From assembly GCA_965205265.1 (NCBI GenBank), contig CBDBGH010000003.1, positions 1,632,001 to 1,696,000 of the forward strand: a stretch of DNA of 64,000 bases, given 5' to 3'. A program made the translations under genes and the position numbers. Of this stretch, positions 10,850 to 21,764 are shown piece after piece. The notes beneath the pieces were generated by a model that made no database searches, was not told the origin of the DNA, and saw only the letters and a list, made by a program, of their open reading frames with translations. The stretch comes from Alphaproteobacteria bacterium (GTDB lineage Bacteria > Pseudomonadota > Alphaproteobacteria > Bin95). How positions within the stretch are numbered: the stretch's first letter is position 1; each line of letters begins with the position of its first letter.

Positions 10850-12552
10850 GGCGCCGCCGCCTCGACGAAGCACTCGAACGCATAGGCCCGCGCCTCCGCC
10901 GCCAGCCCGACGGCCGCGAGCGCGCGGACAATGGCAACCGCGGTCGGCATGTCGCTGCGGGCCCGGCCGCCCGACGCGATGACGGCGTAAAGAACGGCCT
11001 CGCCGATCCGCCCGCTCTTGCCGGCCGCATCGAGCCCCCGCCAGACGACCGGAGCCGGAAATTCGCCGGCTGTGCGCTGGAAGTCCGTCAGAAGGGCCGT
11101 CCAGTCCTGCTGGCGTACCGGCTCGCCCACGGCTTCCATCAGCGCAAACAGCATGGCGGCGCGCGAATAGGGAGGTTCGTCGCCGCCTGCTTCGAGCCAG
11201 CGCTGCAATCCGTCCTCGGCCCGGGACATCTTGTTTCCGGCATCGGCAAGCTTCATCGGCGCCCAGGCAAGCACCGCGCGATTGTTGTCCGTTTCGATCT
11301 CGGCGCCCCGCTCCGCTGCGGCGGCATACCACCGCTCGGCAATGTCGAAACGGCCTGCCGCGAGCGCGGCAAACACGGCGATCGAGGTATGCGGCGCCAG
11401 TTCCGGCGCCGGAACGATATCGGCCGCAAGTTCGATGGTGGCGCCCGCCACGGGCACCAGCAATCCCGCTGCAAGCGCATCCTGCCACAGCGGCGCCAGC
11501 GCCTGCATTCTCTGCTGCGGGTCCGTCGCCGCCATCGCCGCCTGCGCAAGCCGGGCGCGGGAATTATCGGTTTCGGCGGCCCGGAGATACCGGGCGAGCA
11601 GCGCCTTTGGCTCCAGCAGGCCGTCCCTGGCGGCTTGCTCGGCTTCGGCCTCCGTCCGGACCAGCCTCGCCCGCAGGCGCGCCGCCGCCGGGTCGCTGCG
11701 CAGCTTCCAGACTTCGGGCGGCGCTTCCCCGAGCCATGACAGCATTGCCACATTGAGCGCGGTAACCGGGCCGTCCTCCGGCAATGGCGGCGCATTCTCT
11801 CCGGCCGCATCCAGCGCGCGCAGCATCAGTCCTTCGAACAGCGGGTCTCCCCCTGCATCGACCTCGCGAAGGATGTCGAGAATGAGGTGCGCCCGGTCCG
11901 CTTCCCCGGCCATGGCGGCGCAGAACGCCGCTGCGCGCTGCACATAGGCCGAAGGCGCGCGTATCATCTCCGCGTTCGCAGCTTCGCAGGCGGTCTCGAG
12001 ATCGCCCGATGCCAGATCGGGATCGACAGCCGCGGAACCGGCCGAAGGCGGCGGCGTCTCCAGCCCCGCCGCCTCGGCCAGCAACGCCGCTTCCCGGTCG
12101 CGGCCGAGACTCTGAAGCAACCCGACCCGCAAGGGCGCCAGCCGCGGCCCCTCGCCCTCGGGCGGCGCCGCACCGGCCGCCAGGACCCGGAACAGCACGT
12201 CCCTCAGCGAAGGCGAGGCGACGGCCTGCGGCAGGCCCTCGAGCAGGCGGGCGACCGCCATTCTCGAACTGCCCCGCCAGAGCGGCAGACCGAACCCGCC
12301 TTCGAAACCCGGCAGGCCGGCCGAATCGGGATCGCTCGGTTTGGCCGGCGCGACCAGGACCGTCGGCCCCTGCGCGGCCGGCGCTTCCTGCTGCTGCGAT
12401 CGTTCCGCCGGCTCCTCATTCGTCTCGGCGCCGCGCGGAGGATCGGCCGGAAAGAGCCGGATCGGCGCGCGCCTGTCCTCGGCTGCGGCGGTTGCGGCCA
12501 TGAAACCGGCAGCGAGCCCGCAGATCAGCGCCCTAGCGAGGGAAACGGTCAT
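10846..12552 (-). CDS. Conserved exported alanine-rich helical hypothetical protein
   Basis: Signal peptide MTVSLARALICGLAAGFMAATAAA; LW..S motif; translationally coupled to xerD. Confidence 0.75.
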   Translation of the reverse strand: MTVSLARALICGLAAGFMAATAAAEDRRAPIRLFPADPPRGAETNEEPAERSQQQEAPAAQGPTVLVAPAKPSDPDSAGLPGFEGGFGLPLWRGSSRMAVARLLEGLPQAVASPSLRDVLFRVLAAGAAPPEGEGPRLAPLRVGLLQSLGRDREAALLAEAAGLETPPPSAGSAAVDPDLASGDLETACEAANAEMIRAPSAYVQRAAAFCAAMAGEADRAHLILDILREVDAGGDPLFEGLMLRALDAAGENAPPLPEDGPVTALNVAMLSWLGEAPPEVWKLRSDPAAARLRARLVRTEAEAEQAARDGLLEPKALLARYLRAAETDNSRARLAQAAMAATDPQQRMQALAPLWQDALAAGLLVPVAGATIELAADIVPAPELAPHTSIAVFAALAAGRFDIAERWYAAAAERGAEIETDNNRAVLAWAPMKLADAGNKMSRAEDGLQRWLEAGGDEPPYSRAAMLFALMEAVGEPVRQQDWTALLTDFQRTAGEFPAPVVWRGLDAAGKSGRIGEAVLYAVIASGGRARSDMPTAVAIVRALAAVGLAAEARAYAFECFVEAAAP

Positions 12553-12682
12553 CCGGCAACACCTTTTCCACCGTTGTTTCCGGCGGGAGCGAATCCACGA
12601 GTCCGAAATAGAGCAGCGCCGCCGCAACCGCCGCGCCCAGGAGCCCGAGCAGCAGGTTCAGGAACAGTCTCCGAGCGTCCAT
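12533..12682 (-). CDS. Small single-TM protein (49 aa)
   Basis: MDARRLFLNLLLGLLGAAVAAALLYFG...VEKVLPDDRFPR; RBS GAGGA. Confidence 0.7.
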   Translation of the reverse strand: MDARRLFLNLLLGLLGAAVAAALLYFGLVDSLPPETTVEKVLPDDRFPR

Positions 12683-12830
12683 AACCCTTCCTCGCTTTCG
12701 CCTCCGGGGTGGCGGTCCGGCGCTCATTCCCGATAATGCGATTCTAGCGAAAACCGTTCAAAGGCGCGAATGCGGCAAAAGCAAGGCTTTGCTTTCCGCC
12801 GCAAGCGCCCATATCCCGGGAATGCCGTCC

Positions 12831-13382
12831 ATGAGCCTGACCAGAACCGTCGCACTGATCGGCATGATGGGCGCCGGCAAGACCAAGGTCGGCCGCCTGC
12901 TGGCCCAACGCCAGGGACTTGCCTTCATCGATGCCGACAACGAAATCCAGGAGGCGGCCGGCTGCTCCATCGAAGACATTTTCGAAACGCAGGGCGAGGA
13001 CGCGTTCCGCGAAGGCGAACGCAAGGTGATTGCCCGGCTGCTGAGCGGCCCGTTGCATGTACTTGCCACCGGCGGCGGCGCGTTCCAGAACCCCTCCACG
13101 CGCGCCGTTATTGCGGAGCGCGCGGTTTCGGTCTGGCTTAAGGCGGACTTCGATGTGCTCTGGGAGCGCGTGTCCCGGCGCTCCAACCGCCCGATGCTCA
13201 AGACGGCAAACCCGCAGCGCACGCTCGCCGATCTCATCGAGCAGCGCTACCCGGTCTACGCGCTCGCCGAACTCACCGTGATGAGCCAGGCGGGGCCGGT
13301 CGAGGACACCGTTGAGCGAGTGGAAGATGCATTGCGCGGCGCAGGCTATCTGGCCAACGGGCGCGTGGAGAGCAGCCGATGA
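12831..13382 (+). CDS. aroK: Shikimate kinase
   Basis: [22 protein letters not shown]. Confidence 0.97.
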   Translation: MSLTRTVALIGMMGAGKTKVGRLLAQRQGLAFIDADNEIQEAAGCSIEDIFETQGEDAFREGERKVIARLLSGPLHVLATGGGAFQNPSTRAVIAERAVSVWLKADFDVLWERVSRRSNRPMLKTANPQRTLADLIEQRYPVYALAELTVMSQAGPVEDTVERVEDALRGAGYLANGRVESSR

Positions 13383-14494
13383 AGCCGGTGCGGAAGATCG
13401 AGGTCGGCCTCGGCGAACGCAGCTACGACATTCTGGCCGGACCCGGACTGATGGAGCGCGCTGGCGACTGGCTGCTGCCGGTGCTCAGGCGCCGCCGCGT
13501 CGCGGTCGTCACGGACGAGAATGTCGCCGCGCATCATCTTCCGCGGCTGGCGGCGGGGCTGGAGGCCGCCGGCATCGCGTTCGCGCCCGTCTCGTTGCCG
13601 CCCGGCGAGGCGACCAAGTCCTTCCGCCACCTGGAAGACCTGCTGAACCGGCTGCTCGATGCGGGGCTCGACCGGGGCGGCTGCATCCTCGCGCTCGGCG
13701 GCGGCGTGGTGGGAGATCTTGCAGGCTTCGCCGCCGCGATCCTGCTGCGCGGCATAGACTATGTGCAAATCCCCACGACCCTGCTTGCCCAGGTGGACAG
13801 CGCCGTCGGCGGCAAGACGGCCATCGATACGCCGCAGGGCAAAAATCTCGTCGGGGCCTTCCACCAGCCGCGTCTTGTGCTCGCGGATACGACCTCGCTT
13901 GCCACCCTGCCCGACCGCGAACTCCGGGCCGGCTATGCGGAAATCGTGAAATACGGCCTGATCGACCGGCCGGACTTCTTCGGCTGGCTGGAGGAGAACG
14001 GCGCGCGGGTGCTGGCGCGCGAGGACGACGCGCTCGCCCAGGCCATCGCCGTGAGTTGCGAGGCGAAGGCCGATGTCGTGGCGGCGGACGAGCGCGAGGC
14101 CGGACGCCGCGCCCTGCTCAATCTGGGCCACACTTTCGGCCATGCCTTCGAGGCGGAGGCCGGCTTCGGCGATGCGCTGCTGCACGGCGAGGCGGTTTCC
14201 CTCGGCATGGCGCTCGCCTTCCGGATGTCCGTGCGGCTGGGGCTCTGCCCGGCGGACGACCTCGCCCGTATACGGGCGCATCTCGCCGGCGCGGACCTGC
14301 CCGTGGACCCGCCGGGCGCCAATGCCTCGCCGGCGCGCCGGAATGAACTGGTCGAGCGGATGCGCCGCGACAAGAAAGCGGAAGCCGGCCGCATCGTGCT
14401 GGTGCTGGCCCGGGGCATCGGCCGCGCCTTCGTCCACCGCGATGTCGAGGAGGAGACGCTTGCCGCCCTGCTCGACGAGGCGCTGGCGGCATGA
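13379..14494 (+). CDS. aroB: 3-dehydroquinate synthase
   Basis: [32 protein letters not shown]. Confidence 0.98.
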   Translation: MKPVRKIEVGLGERSYDILAGPGLMERAGDWLLPVLRRRRVAVVTDENVAAHHLPRLAAGLEAAGIAFAPVSLPPGEATKSFRHLEDLLNRLLDAGLDRGGCILALGGGVVGDLAGFAAAILLRGIDYVQIPTTLLAQVDSAVGGKTAIDTPQGKNLVGAFHQPRLVLADTTSLATLPDRELRAGYAEIVKYGLIDRPDFFGWLEENGARVLAREDDALAQAIAVSCEAKADVVAADEREAGRRALLNLGHTFGHAFEAEAGFGDALLHGEAVSLGMALAFRMSVRLGLCPADDLARIRAHLAGADLPVDPPGANASPARRNELVERMRRDKKAEAGRIVLVLARGIGRAFVHRDVEEETLAALLDEALAA

Positions 14495-15753
14495 CGCTGG
14501 AATTCTGGATTATCATCGGCGCCATACTGGCGCTGCTGGTGCTCTCGGCGTTCTTCTCCGGGTCCGAGACGGCGCTGACGGCCGTCAGCAGCGCGCGCAT
14601 GCACCACCGCGCGCGGCGGGGCGATGCCGGCGCCGCGGCCGTGCGCCGCCTGCGCGCCGACCGGGAAGGGCTGATTGCGGCGATCCTGCTCGGCAACAAC
14701 CTGGTCAACATTCTCGCGGCGTCGCTTGCGACAAGCCTCCTGATCGGCCTGTTCGGAGAGGCCGGGGTCGCCTATGCGACCGCGGTAATGACGCTGCTGA
14801 TCCTGGTCTTCGCCGAGGTGCTGCCCAAGACCTACGCCTTCAACCGCGCCGACCGGGTGGCGCCTGCCGTCGCGCCGTGGATCGCCCGTCTTGTCCTGGT
14901 GTTCGGGCCGCCGGCGCGCGCCATCCAGTGGGTCGTGCGCAGCGTGCTCCGCCTGTTCGGCATCGCGGAGACGCCGGCGGCCGGGTCCGAGGAGCACGAG
15001 GAGGAACTCCGGGGCGCAATCGAGCTGCACCGCGGCGAGGGCGAGGAAATCCGCGACGAACGGCGGATGCTGCGCAGCGTGCTGGACCTCGGCGACGTCT
15101 CCGTCGGCGAAGTGATGACGCACCGGAGCAACATGACGATCGTGGACCTCTCGCTGCCGCCGGAGGAGGTCGTGGCCCAGGTGCTGGCCAGCCCCTATAC
15201 CCGCCTGCCGCTCTGGCGCGACGACCCGGACAACATCGTCGGCGTGCTGCACGCCAAGGCCGTCCTGCGCTCCCTGCACGAAACGGGCGCGGCGGGCCTC
15301 GATGCGGCCGCGCTTGCTGCCAAGCCCTGGTTCATCCCGGAGCAGACCACCCTGCTCGACCAGCTGCACGCCTTCCGGCGCCGGCGGGAGCATTTTGCCC
15401 TCGTCGTGGACGAATACGGCGCGCTGATGGGGCTGGTGACGCTGGAGGACATTCTGGAGGAGATCGTCGGCGATATTGCCGACGAGCACGATGTCGCGGT
15501 GCCGGGCGTGCGCGCCCAGCCTGACGGCTCCTATATCTGCAGCGGCGGGGTGACCATCCGGGACCTTAACCGCGAGTTCGAATGGACGCTCCCGGACCAG
15601 GACGCCACGACCCTGGCCGGCCTGCTGCTACGCGAATCGCGGCGCATCCCCACGCCCGGCCAGGCCTTCGATGTCCACGGCTTCCGCTTCGAGGTGCTGC
15701 GCCGCAACCGCCAGCAGATTGCGACCATCCGCATCACGCCGCCCCGGCGGTGA
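14491..15753 (+). CDS. HlyC/CorC (CNNM-CBS-CorC) transporter
   Basis: [13 protein letters not shown] pair, [16 protein letters not shown]. Confidence 0.95.
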   Translation: MTLEFWIIIGAILALLVLSAFFSGSETALTAVSSARMHHRARRGDAGAAAVRRLRADREGLIAAILLGNNLVNILAASLATSLLIGLFGEAGVAYATAVMTLLILVFAEVLPKTYAFNRADRVAPAVAPWIARLVLVFGPPARAIQWVVRSVLRLFGIAETPAAGSEEHEEELRGAIELHRGEGEEIRDERRMLRSVLDLGDVSVGEVMTHRSNMTIVDLSLPPEEVVAQVLASPYTRLPLWRDDPDNIVGVLHAKAVLRSLHETGAAGLDAAALAAKPWFIPEQTTLLDQLHAFRRRREHFALVVDEYGALMGLVTLEDILEEIVGDIADEHDVAVPGVRAQPDGSYICSGGVTIRDLNREFEWTLPDQDATTLAGLLLRESRRIPTPGQAFDVHGFRFEVLRRNRQQIATIRITPPRR

Positions 15754-15806
15754 CGACAGGGCGCGGCCGGGGGCTATAATCCCCGCGACTTCGAGGGAGG
15801 GCCCCC

Positions 15807-16586
15807 ATGGCCGAGCGCGAATTCTGCACCGTCGAACGCGACGGACGCCTGCTGATCGTTACCCTGAACCGCCCGGAGCGCTACAACGCGCTGCACTTCC
15901 CGGCGCATTTCGAGCTTGCGGAGGTCTGGGACGAATTCGCGGACGACCCCGAGCTCTGGGTCGCCATCGTCACCGGCGCGGGCGACAAGGCGTTCTGCGC
16001 CGGCAACGACTTGCGCTTCCAGGCGGAAGGCAATGTCCGCAAACGCTGCCCGACCGGCTTTGCAGGGCTCACCAACCGCTACGACCTCAACAAGCCCGTC
16101 ATCGCCGCCGTCAACGGCTTTGCGATGGGCGGCGGCTTCGAGGTCGCGCTCGCCTGCGACCTGATTATTGCGGCCGAGAATGCGGTCTTCGCCCTGCCGG
16201 AGCCGCGCGTCGGCCTCATGGCGGGCGCCGGCGGCGTCCACCGTCTGCCCCGGATCATCGGCCAGAAGCGGGCGCTCGGCATGATCCTGACCGGGCGCCG
16301 CGTCGGCCCCGAGGAGGGCAAGGAACTCGGCTTCGTCAACGAGGTCGTCCCCGAAGGCGAGGCCGTGGCGGGGGCCCGTCGCTGGGCCGCGCAGATCCTC
16401 GAATGCGCGCCGATCTCGATCCGCGCCTCGAAGGAGGCGGTCTATGCCGGCTTGGACGAGGCAACCCTGGAGGCGGCCATCAACCGGACCTATGAGGAAC
16501 AGCATGTCCTGATCGACAGCGCGGACTACATTGAGGGCCCGAAGGCGTTCGCCGAGAAGCGCCCGCCGGTCTGGCGGAACGAATGA
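15807..16586 (+). CDS. Enoyl-CoA hydratase family (CaiD-like)
   Basis: AFCAGND, AVNGFAMGGGFE, LPEPRVG; TATAAT at 15775-15780 upstream. Confidence 0.93.
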   Translation: MAEREFCTVERDGRLLIVTLNRPERYNALHFPAHFELAEVWDEFADDPELWVAIVTGAGDKAFCAGNDLRFQAEGNVRKRCPTGFAGLTNRYDLNKPVIAAVNGFAMGGGFEVALACDLIIAAENAVFALPEPRVGLMAGAGGVHRLPRIIGQKRALGMILTGRRVGPEEGKELGFVNEVVPEGEAVAGARRWAAQILECAPISIRASKEAVYAGLDEATLEAAINRTYEEQHVLIDSADYIEGPKAFAEKRPPVWRNE

Positions 16587-17449
16587 TGGAGCCGCAAACC
16601 TGGCTCGACGGGGTCTGGCACGCCGGCAACCCGCCGATCTTCGGGCCGATGACCCATGCGGCCTGGATGGCTTCGGTCGCCTTCGACGGCGCGCGGGCCT
16701 TCGAGGGCGTCATGCCGGACCTCGACCGCCACGCCGCCCGCGCCATCGATTCCGCGCGCGCGCTCGGCCTCGAGCCGAAAATCCCGGCCGAGGAAATCGC
16801 CGCGCTTGCGGTGGAGGGCGTGCGCCGCTTCCCGGAAGGCACGGAACTCTATATCCGCCCGCTGTTCTGGGCCGATGACGGCTTCGTGGAGCCGGAGGCG
16901 GAGTCCACGCGCTTCATGCTGACGCTGTTCGAACTGCCCTTGCCCACGCCCGACGACACCGTGACGGCGGCCGTCGCCGACGAGCGCCGCCCGCGGCCCG
17001 CCATGGCGCCGACCGACGCCAAGGCGTCGTGCCTCTATCCCAATGTGCAGCGGATGATGCGCAAGGCGCGCCAGCGCGGCTTCTCGACCGCCGTGGTGCT
17101 CGACCCCGACGACAAGGTGGCGGAATTCGCGACCGCCAACCTCTTCATGGTCCGGGACGGCAAGGTCGCCACGCCCGCCGACAACGGCACCTTCCTCAAC
17201 GGCATCACCCGCCAGCGGATGATCCGGCTGTTGCGGGAAGACGGCCATGAGGTCGCGGAGCGGACCGTCGAACTGGAGGAACTGCTGGAGGCCGACGAGG
17301 TGTTCGCGACCGGCAATGCGCCCAAGGTCATCCCGGCGAGCCGGATCGAGGAGCGCGACTTCCAGCCGGGGCCGGTCGCGCGGCGGGCGCGGGAGCTCTA
17401 CTGGGCCTTCGCCCACGCCCACGGAAAGCCGGCCGATTTCGGCCTCTGA
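16583..17449 (+). CDS. Class IV aminotransferase (branched-chain type)
   Basis: FDGARAF, AKASCLY, FLNGITRQ. Confidence 0.9.
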   Translation: MMEPQTWLDGVWHAGNPPIFGPMTHAAWMASVAFDGARAFEGVMPDLDRHAARAIDSARALGLEPKIPAEEIAALAVEGVRRFPEGTELYIRPLFWADDGFVEPEAESTRFMLTLFELPLPTPDDTVTAAVADERRPRPAMAPTDAKASCLYPNVQRMMRKARQRGFSTAVVLDPDDKVAEFATANLFMVRDGKVATPADNGTFLNGITRQRMIRLLREDGHEVAERTVELEELLEADEVFATGNAPKVIPASRIEERDFQPGPVARRARELYWAFAHAHGKPADFGL

Positions 17450-17489
17450 CCGGCGACGAAACGCTCCCTCTCAAGGAGGTATCCGCCCC

Positions 17490-18116
17490 ATGGCTCTCAC
17501 GCTTTACGGCATCGCGTTCAGCCGCGCCTTCCGCTCGCTCTGGGCGGCGAACGAACTCGGGCTCGACTACACCCATGTGCCGACGCATTTCATGAAGGAG
17601 TCGAAGCAGGCGGACTATCTCGCGGTCAATCCGAACGGGCGCGTGCCGGCGATGGTGGACGGCGACCTCGTGCTCTTCGAGTCCATGGCGATCAACCTCT
17701 ATCTGGCCCGCGCCTACGGCGCGCCGCTCAGGGTGGACAATCCCGCAGACGAGGCGCGGGCTGTGCAGTGGAGCTTCTGGGGAATCACGGAGCTGGAGAG
17801 CACGCTGCTCCGGGCGATGTTCACCGCGCTCGGCCTGTTCGGCGAGGAGGCCGATCCTGCGAAGGCGAACGAGACGCTGAACAAAGGCTGCGGCCGCGCG
17901 CTCGGCGTGCTCGACCGGCATCTGGAAGGCCGCGACTGGCTGGTCGGCGAAAGCTTCAGCGTGGCCGATTTGAATGTCGCGGGCGTAATGAACCTCGCGC
18001 TCTCGGGGCGGCTCGACCTTTCCCGGTGGGGGAATGTCAAGGGATGGCTCGACTGCTGCTACGGCCGGCCGGGCGCAAAGAAGACGCTGGAGATGGCCCG
18101 CGCGGCGCGCGGCTGA
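17490..18116 (+). CDS. Glutathione S-transferase family protein
   Basis: NPNGRVP, LFESMAINLYL, FSVADL; RBS AAGGAGG. Confidence 0.95.
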   Translation: MALTLYGIAFSRAFRSLWAANELGLDYTHVPTHFMKESKQADYLAVNPNGRVPAMVDGDLVLFESMAINLYLARAYGAPLRVDNPADEARAVQWSFWGITELESTLLRAMFTALGLFGEEADPAKANETLNKGCGRALGVLDRHLEGRDWLVGESFSVADLNVAGVMNLALSGRLDLSRWGNVKGWLDCCYGRPGAKKTLEMARAARG

Positions 18117-18140
18117 GCGCTCCGGCGGCGGGAGGCGCCC

Positions 18141-19313
18141 ATGAAGATCGCGGATGTCGAGGCCATTGCGCTCGCCGTCCCGATGAAGAGGGAAATCGCG
18201 GCGCCGATCAGCATGCCGCGGGCAGACGAGGTCGCCGGAGTCGTGTTCCGGGAATACCGTTCGGTCATCGTCCGCATCCGCACGGACAACGGCATTGAGG
18301 GCGTGGGCGAGTGCATGACGCGGCTGTCGGGAACGGCGCTGCGCGACATCGTCGACTATGTCGCCCCGCTGCTGGTCGGCAAGGACCCGCGCGATGTCGA
18401 ATATCTCTGGGACCTGCTCTGGTCCGTGATGATGAACCGGGGCCACCAGAAGGGCTTCTACCTCGAGGCCATGGCCGGCATCGACACGGCGCTCTGGGAC
18501 ATCTGGGGCAAGTCCGCAGGCGTGCCGGTGTGGCGGCTGCTCGGCGGCAGGACCAATCCGAAGCTCTGGGCCTACGCCTCGTCGCTCAGGCTCCGCGACA
18601 TCGGCATCCTCCGCGAGGAGATCGACGCGCACAAGGCCAGCGGCTTCAACGCCATGAAGATCAAGATCGGCCGGGACCCGATGGAATGGCGCCGCGAAAT
18701 CCGGACCGTCGAGCAGATCAGGAGCCATGCCGGCGACGGCGTCACGCTCATGGCGGACGCGAATTGCGGCTACGGGCACGACCGCAAGACCGCGCTCCAG
18801 GTCGGGCAGGCGCTCGAAGCACTCGGCCTCTATTGGTTCGAGGAGCCGCTCGCGCCCGACGACATCGACGGCTACGCCTTCCTGCGGGACGGGCTGGGCA
18901 TCCGGATCGCGACAGGCGAGGCGGATTTCAACCGCTTCAGCTTCGCCCGCTTCTTCAGGCGCGACGCCATAGACATCGTGCAGCATGACGCGGCGCGGGC
19001 GGGCGGCATCACCGAGGCGCGGAAGATCGCCGACATGGCCTCCGCCTTCCGGGTGCTTTACGCGCCGCATACGGGCAGCTCGTCCAACATCGTCATGGCC
19101 GCATCGCTGCATCTCGCCACCTACGCGCCCAACTTCCTGATCTACGAATACATGCGGAGCGACTGGAACCGGGAGGAGCCCAACCCGCTGCGCTCGGAGC
19201 TGTGCGACCTGCCGATCGGGTCCTTCGAGGACGGCTGTCTGGAGATGGAAGACCGCCCGGGCCTCGGCATCGCGCTCAACGAGGAAGTCATCGAGAAATA
19301 CCGCCTGCCCTGA
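18141..19313 (+). CDS. Mandelate racemase/muconate lactonizing enzyme family
   Basis: DTALWDI, KIKIG, DAN, WFEEP, TGE, PH. Confidence 0.93.
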   Translation: MKIADVEAIALAVPMKREIAAPISMPRADEVAGVVFREYRSVIVRIRTDNGIEGVGECMTRLSGTALRDIVDYVAPLLVGKDPRDVEYLWDLLWSVMMNRGHQKGFYLEAMAGIDTALWDIWGKSAGVPVWRLLGGRTNPKLWAYASSLRLRDIGILREEIDAHKASGFNAMKIKIGRDPMEWRREIRTVEQIRSHAGDGVTLMADANCGYGHDRKTALQVGQALEALGLYWFEEPLAPDDIDGYAFLRDGLGIRIATGEADFNRFSFARFFRRDAIDIVQHDAARAGGITEARKIADMASAFRVLYAPHTGSSSNIVMAASLHLATYAPNFLIYEYMRSDWNREEPNPLRSELCDLPIGSFEDGCLEMEDRPGLGIALNEEVIEKYRLP

Positions 19314-19462
19314 TGCGGGAGCGCGCGCGGCCGGCGGGCCTCCTCGACTCCTGCCCCCGGCATGTGTCAGACTTTTCCTTTCAAATGCTTCCGGGGCTCC
19401 CGGATCGTACCGGGTGTATCAGAGCATTCTTCGTCCAGCCCCAACATGCAGAGGGATGACGA

Positions 19463-19676
19463 ATGGCCGAAGACTCCACCACCGAGCAACGCCTCGATCA
19501 CATCGAACAGGCGATGGTGTATTTCAATCGCCGCCAGAATGAGGACCTCGCCCTGTCGCAGGAGATGAGGCTGGACTTCCTGCAGGAGTTCAAGGCGGTC
19601 CAAGGCGGTCCGGAAGGCGATCTACATCATGGCGGCTGCGCTGGTTGTCACCACAGTCGCGATATCCTTTGTATGA
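19463..19676 (+). pseudogene. Small coiled-coil plus C-terminal TM protein, frameshifted by a 10-bp tandem duplication
   Basis: CAAGGCGGTC occurs twice (19591-19610). Removing one copy gives 67 aa ending FKAVRKAIYIMAAALVVTTVAISFV-stop. Confidence 0.75.
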
Positions 19677-19737
19677 CGCGCCATAGTGCCCGGAAGCCGT
19701 CGAATTCCTTCGGGCTTGTCAGAAACAGTATCCCTTT

Positions 19738-21300
19738 TCAGGGCATCACGCCGTGGCGCAGGGTCGGGGCCGGGGCCTCTGTGCGGCGCAGTTCGGCGCG
19801 GTCGAGGGCTTCGATGAGGCGCGGGCGCGTTTCCGCCGGGTCGATCACATCGTCGATCTTCATGGCTTCCGCCGCCGGCCAGGCCCCGCAGAGGCGCCCG
19901 TATTCCCGGACCAGGCGCTCGTAGAGCGCGTCGGGGTCCTCCGCGCTTTCGAGTTCCGCCTTGTAGGCCGCCTTTATGCCGCTCTCCAGCGGAATGGCGT
20001 TGAAGTCCGCCGTCGGCCAGGCGAGCACTGCCGACTGCCCGGCGCCATAGCCGCCCATCGCCGCAGCCCCGTAGCCGAAGGCCTTATGCAGCACTACGGT
20101 CACCAGCGGCGTGTTGGCGAAGGCGAAGCTGCTGGCGACCGCCATGCCGACCCTGAGCGCCCCCTCGCGTTCCGACTTCGGCCCCGTCATCACGCCCGGC
20201 GTGTCGGTCAGGAAGACGACCGGCAGGTGGTAGGCCGCGGCGAGGTCGATGAAGCGGCGGAGCTTGTGCCCGGCCGCGGCCGTGATCGCGCCCGCCATCA
20301 CCTTGGGCTGGTTCGCCGCAACCGCCACCGCCCGGCCCTCGAGGCGCGCGAAGCCGGTAATCATCATGCGGGCATAGTCCGGCTTCAGCTCGAAGAAGCT
20401 CTCCCGGTCGAAGATCGCCGCAATCGCCTTCTTCATGTCGTAAGGACGCCGCCGGTTCTCCGGGATGAGGTTACGCAGAACTTCCCCTGCCCCGTCGGGC
20501 GCCGGTTCCGCCTCCGCCCCCGGCGGCCAGGCCCAGGCATTCGCCGGCATGAAGGAGAGGTAGCGCTTCAGCTGCCGGACGGCGTCCGCCTCGTCCTCGG
20601 CGGCATTGTCGGCCACGCCCGAGACGCGGCAATGCACCTCCCAGCCGCCGAGTTCCTCCTTGGAGACGCGCTCGCCCGTGCCCATCGCCACCAGCGGCGG
20701 CCCGCCGGCGGCCAGCATGCCCTCCCCCTTCACCATGACGATGAATTCCATCATCGACGCCAGAAGGGAGCTGTCCCCGGCCGTCGGGCCCAGCACCGCC
20801 GCGATCGTCGGCGCCGTGCCGGAGAGCCGCGCCACATCCATGAAATGGTGCATCGGCGCGAGGCCCTCGCCGATATATTCGTCCGTGCGCGCGCCCGCCC
20901 CGTCGAACAGCCAGACCAGCGGCACCCGGTCGCGCAGCGCCAGCTCGATCATCCGGTGCTTCTTCGCGAAGTTCACCAGCCCGAGCGAGCCGCCGAGCAC
21001 GGTGAAATCTTCGGCGACCACGCCGGCAATGCGCCCGTCGATCCGCCCGAAGCCGGTCACGACGCCGTCGGCCGGAGTGTGCTTGTCCTTCACCGGCGTC
21101 ACGCGCGTCGGCGCGTGCCTCGCAAGCCCGCCGATCTCCGTGAAGCTGCCCGCATCCATGAGCATCGCGACCCGCTCGCGCGCCGTCTGCTTGCCGGCCC
21201 GGCGCTGGCGGGCGACCTTCGCCTCGCCGCCATGCCCTTCGGCTACGGCCCGGCGGCGCGCGAGTTCGCCCAGCGTCCCTTCCGCGAAGTCTCTGGTCAT
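19738..21300 (-). CDS. Acyl-CoA carboxylase carboxyltransferase (PccB-like)
   Basis: TARERV, DFTVLGGS, ANQP, DTPG, DDVIDPAETR. Confidence 0.92.
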   Translation of the reverse strand: MTRDFAEGTLGELARRRAVAEGHGGEAKVARQRRAGKQTARERVAMLMDAGSFTEIGGLARHAPTRVTPVKDKHTPADGVVTGFGRIDGRIAGVVAEDFTVLGGSLGLVNFAKKHRMIELALRDRVPLVWLFDGAGARTDEYIGEGLAPMHHFMDVARLSGTAPTIAAVLGPTAGDSSLLASMMEFIVMVKGEGMLAAGGPPLVAMGTGERVSKEELGGWEVHCRVSGVADNAAEDEADAVRQLKRYLSFMPANAWAWPPGAEAEPAPDGAGEVLRNLIPENRRRPYDMKKAIAAIFDRESFFELKPDYARMMITGFARLEGRAVAVAANQPKVMAGAITAAAGHKLRRFIDLAAAYHLPVVFLTDTPGVMTGPKSEREGALRVGMAVASSFAFANTPLVTVVLHKAFGYGAAAMGGYGAGQSAVLAWPTADFNAIPLESGIKAAYKAELESAEDPDALYERLVREYGRLCGAWPAAEAMKIDDVIDPAETRPRLIEALDRAELRRTEAPAPTLRHGVMP

Positions 21301-21337
21301 TCGCGTTGCCCCTTTTCCGTCATGCCCGGACTTGTTC

Positions 21338-21699
21338 CATTGCTGTCCGGTTTAGCCATTGGGCGAGGCTGAACGGGAGTCCGCCGGGGGTTTCGGGGGC
21401 GCGCGGCGTCTGCGATCCGCCCCTTGCCCGTGAGGCCCGAATGCCCCCTTCGACAGGCTCAGGGCAGGCTCTTTCGTCATACCCGGACTTGTTCCGGGTA
21501 TCTCTCTCAAGCGGCTCCACCGGGCGGCCGTATGGATGCCCGGAACAAGTCCGGGCATGACGATATGGGGGGCGGGCATGACGGGAACAGGGCCGGGCCG
21601 CCGGGCGTCGATCCGAGTCCCGATCCCGCCGAACCCCTCGAAACCCAGTTGAATCCAAGCCATACGCTCTGTCCACCAAATCTAAGCCGGACAGCAGTG
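21338..21699. mobile_element. Complete MITE (362 bp) inserted in a REP palindrome
   Basis: TIRs CATTGCTGTCCGGTTTAG and CTAAGCCGGACAGCAGTG; direct repeat GACTTGTTC at 21329-21337 and 21700-21708; no transposase. Confidence 0.9.
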
Positions 21700-21764
21700 G
21701 ACTTGTTCCGGGCATGACGATAGAGCGCGGCCGAGCCGGTGAGGTCGTGCGGCGGCCTCCGGAC

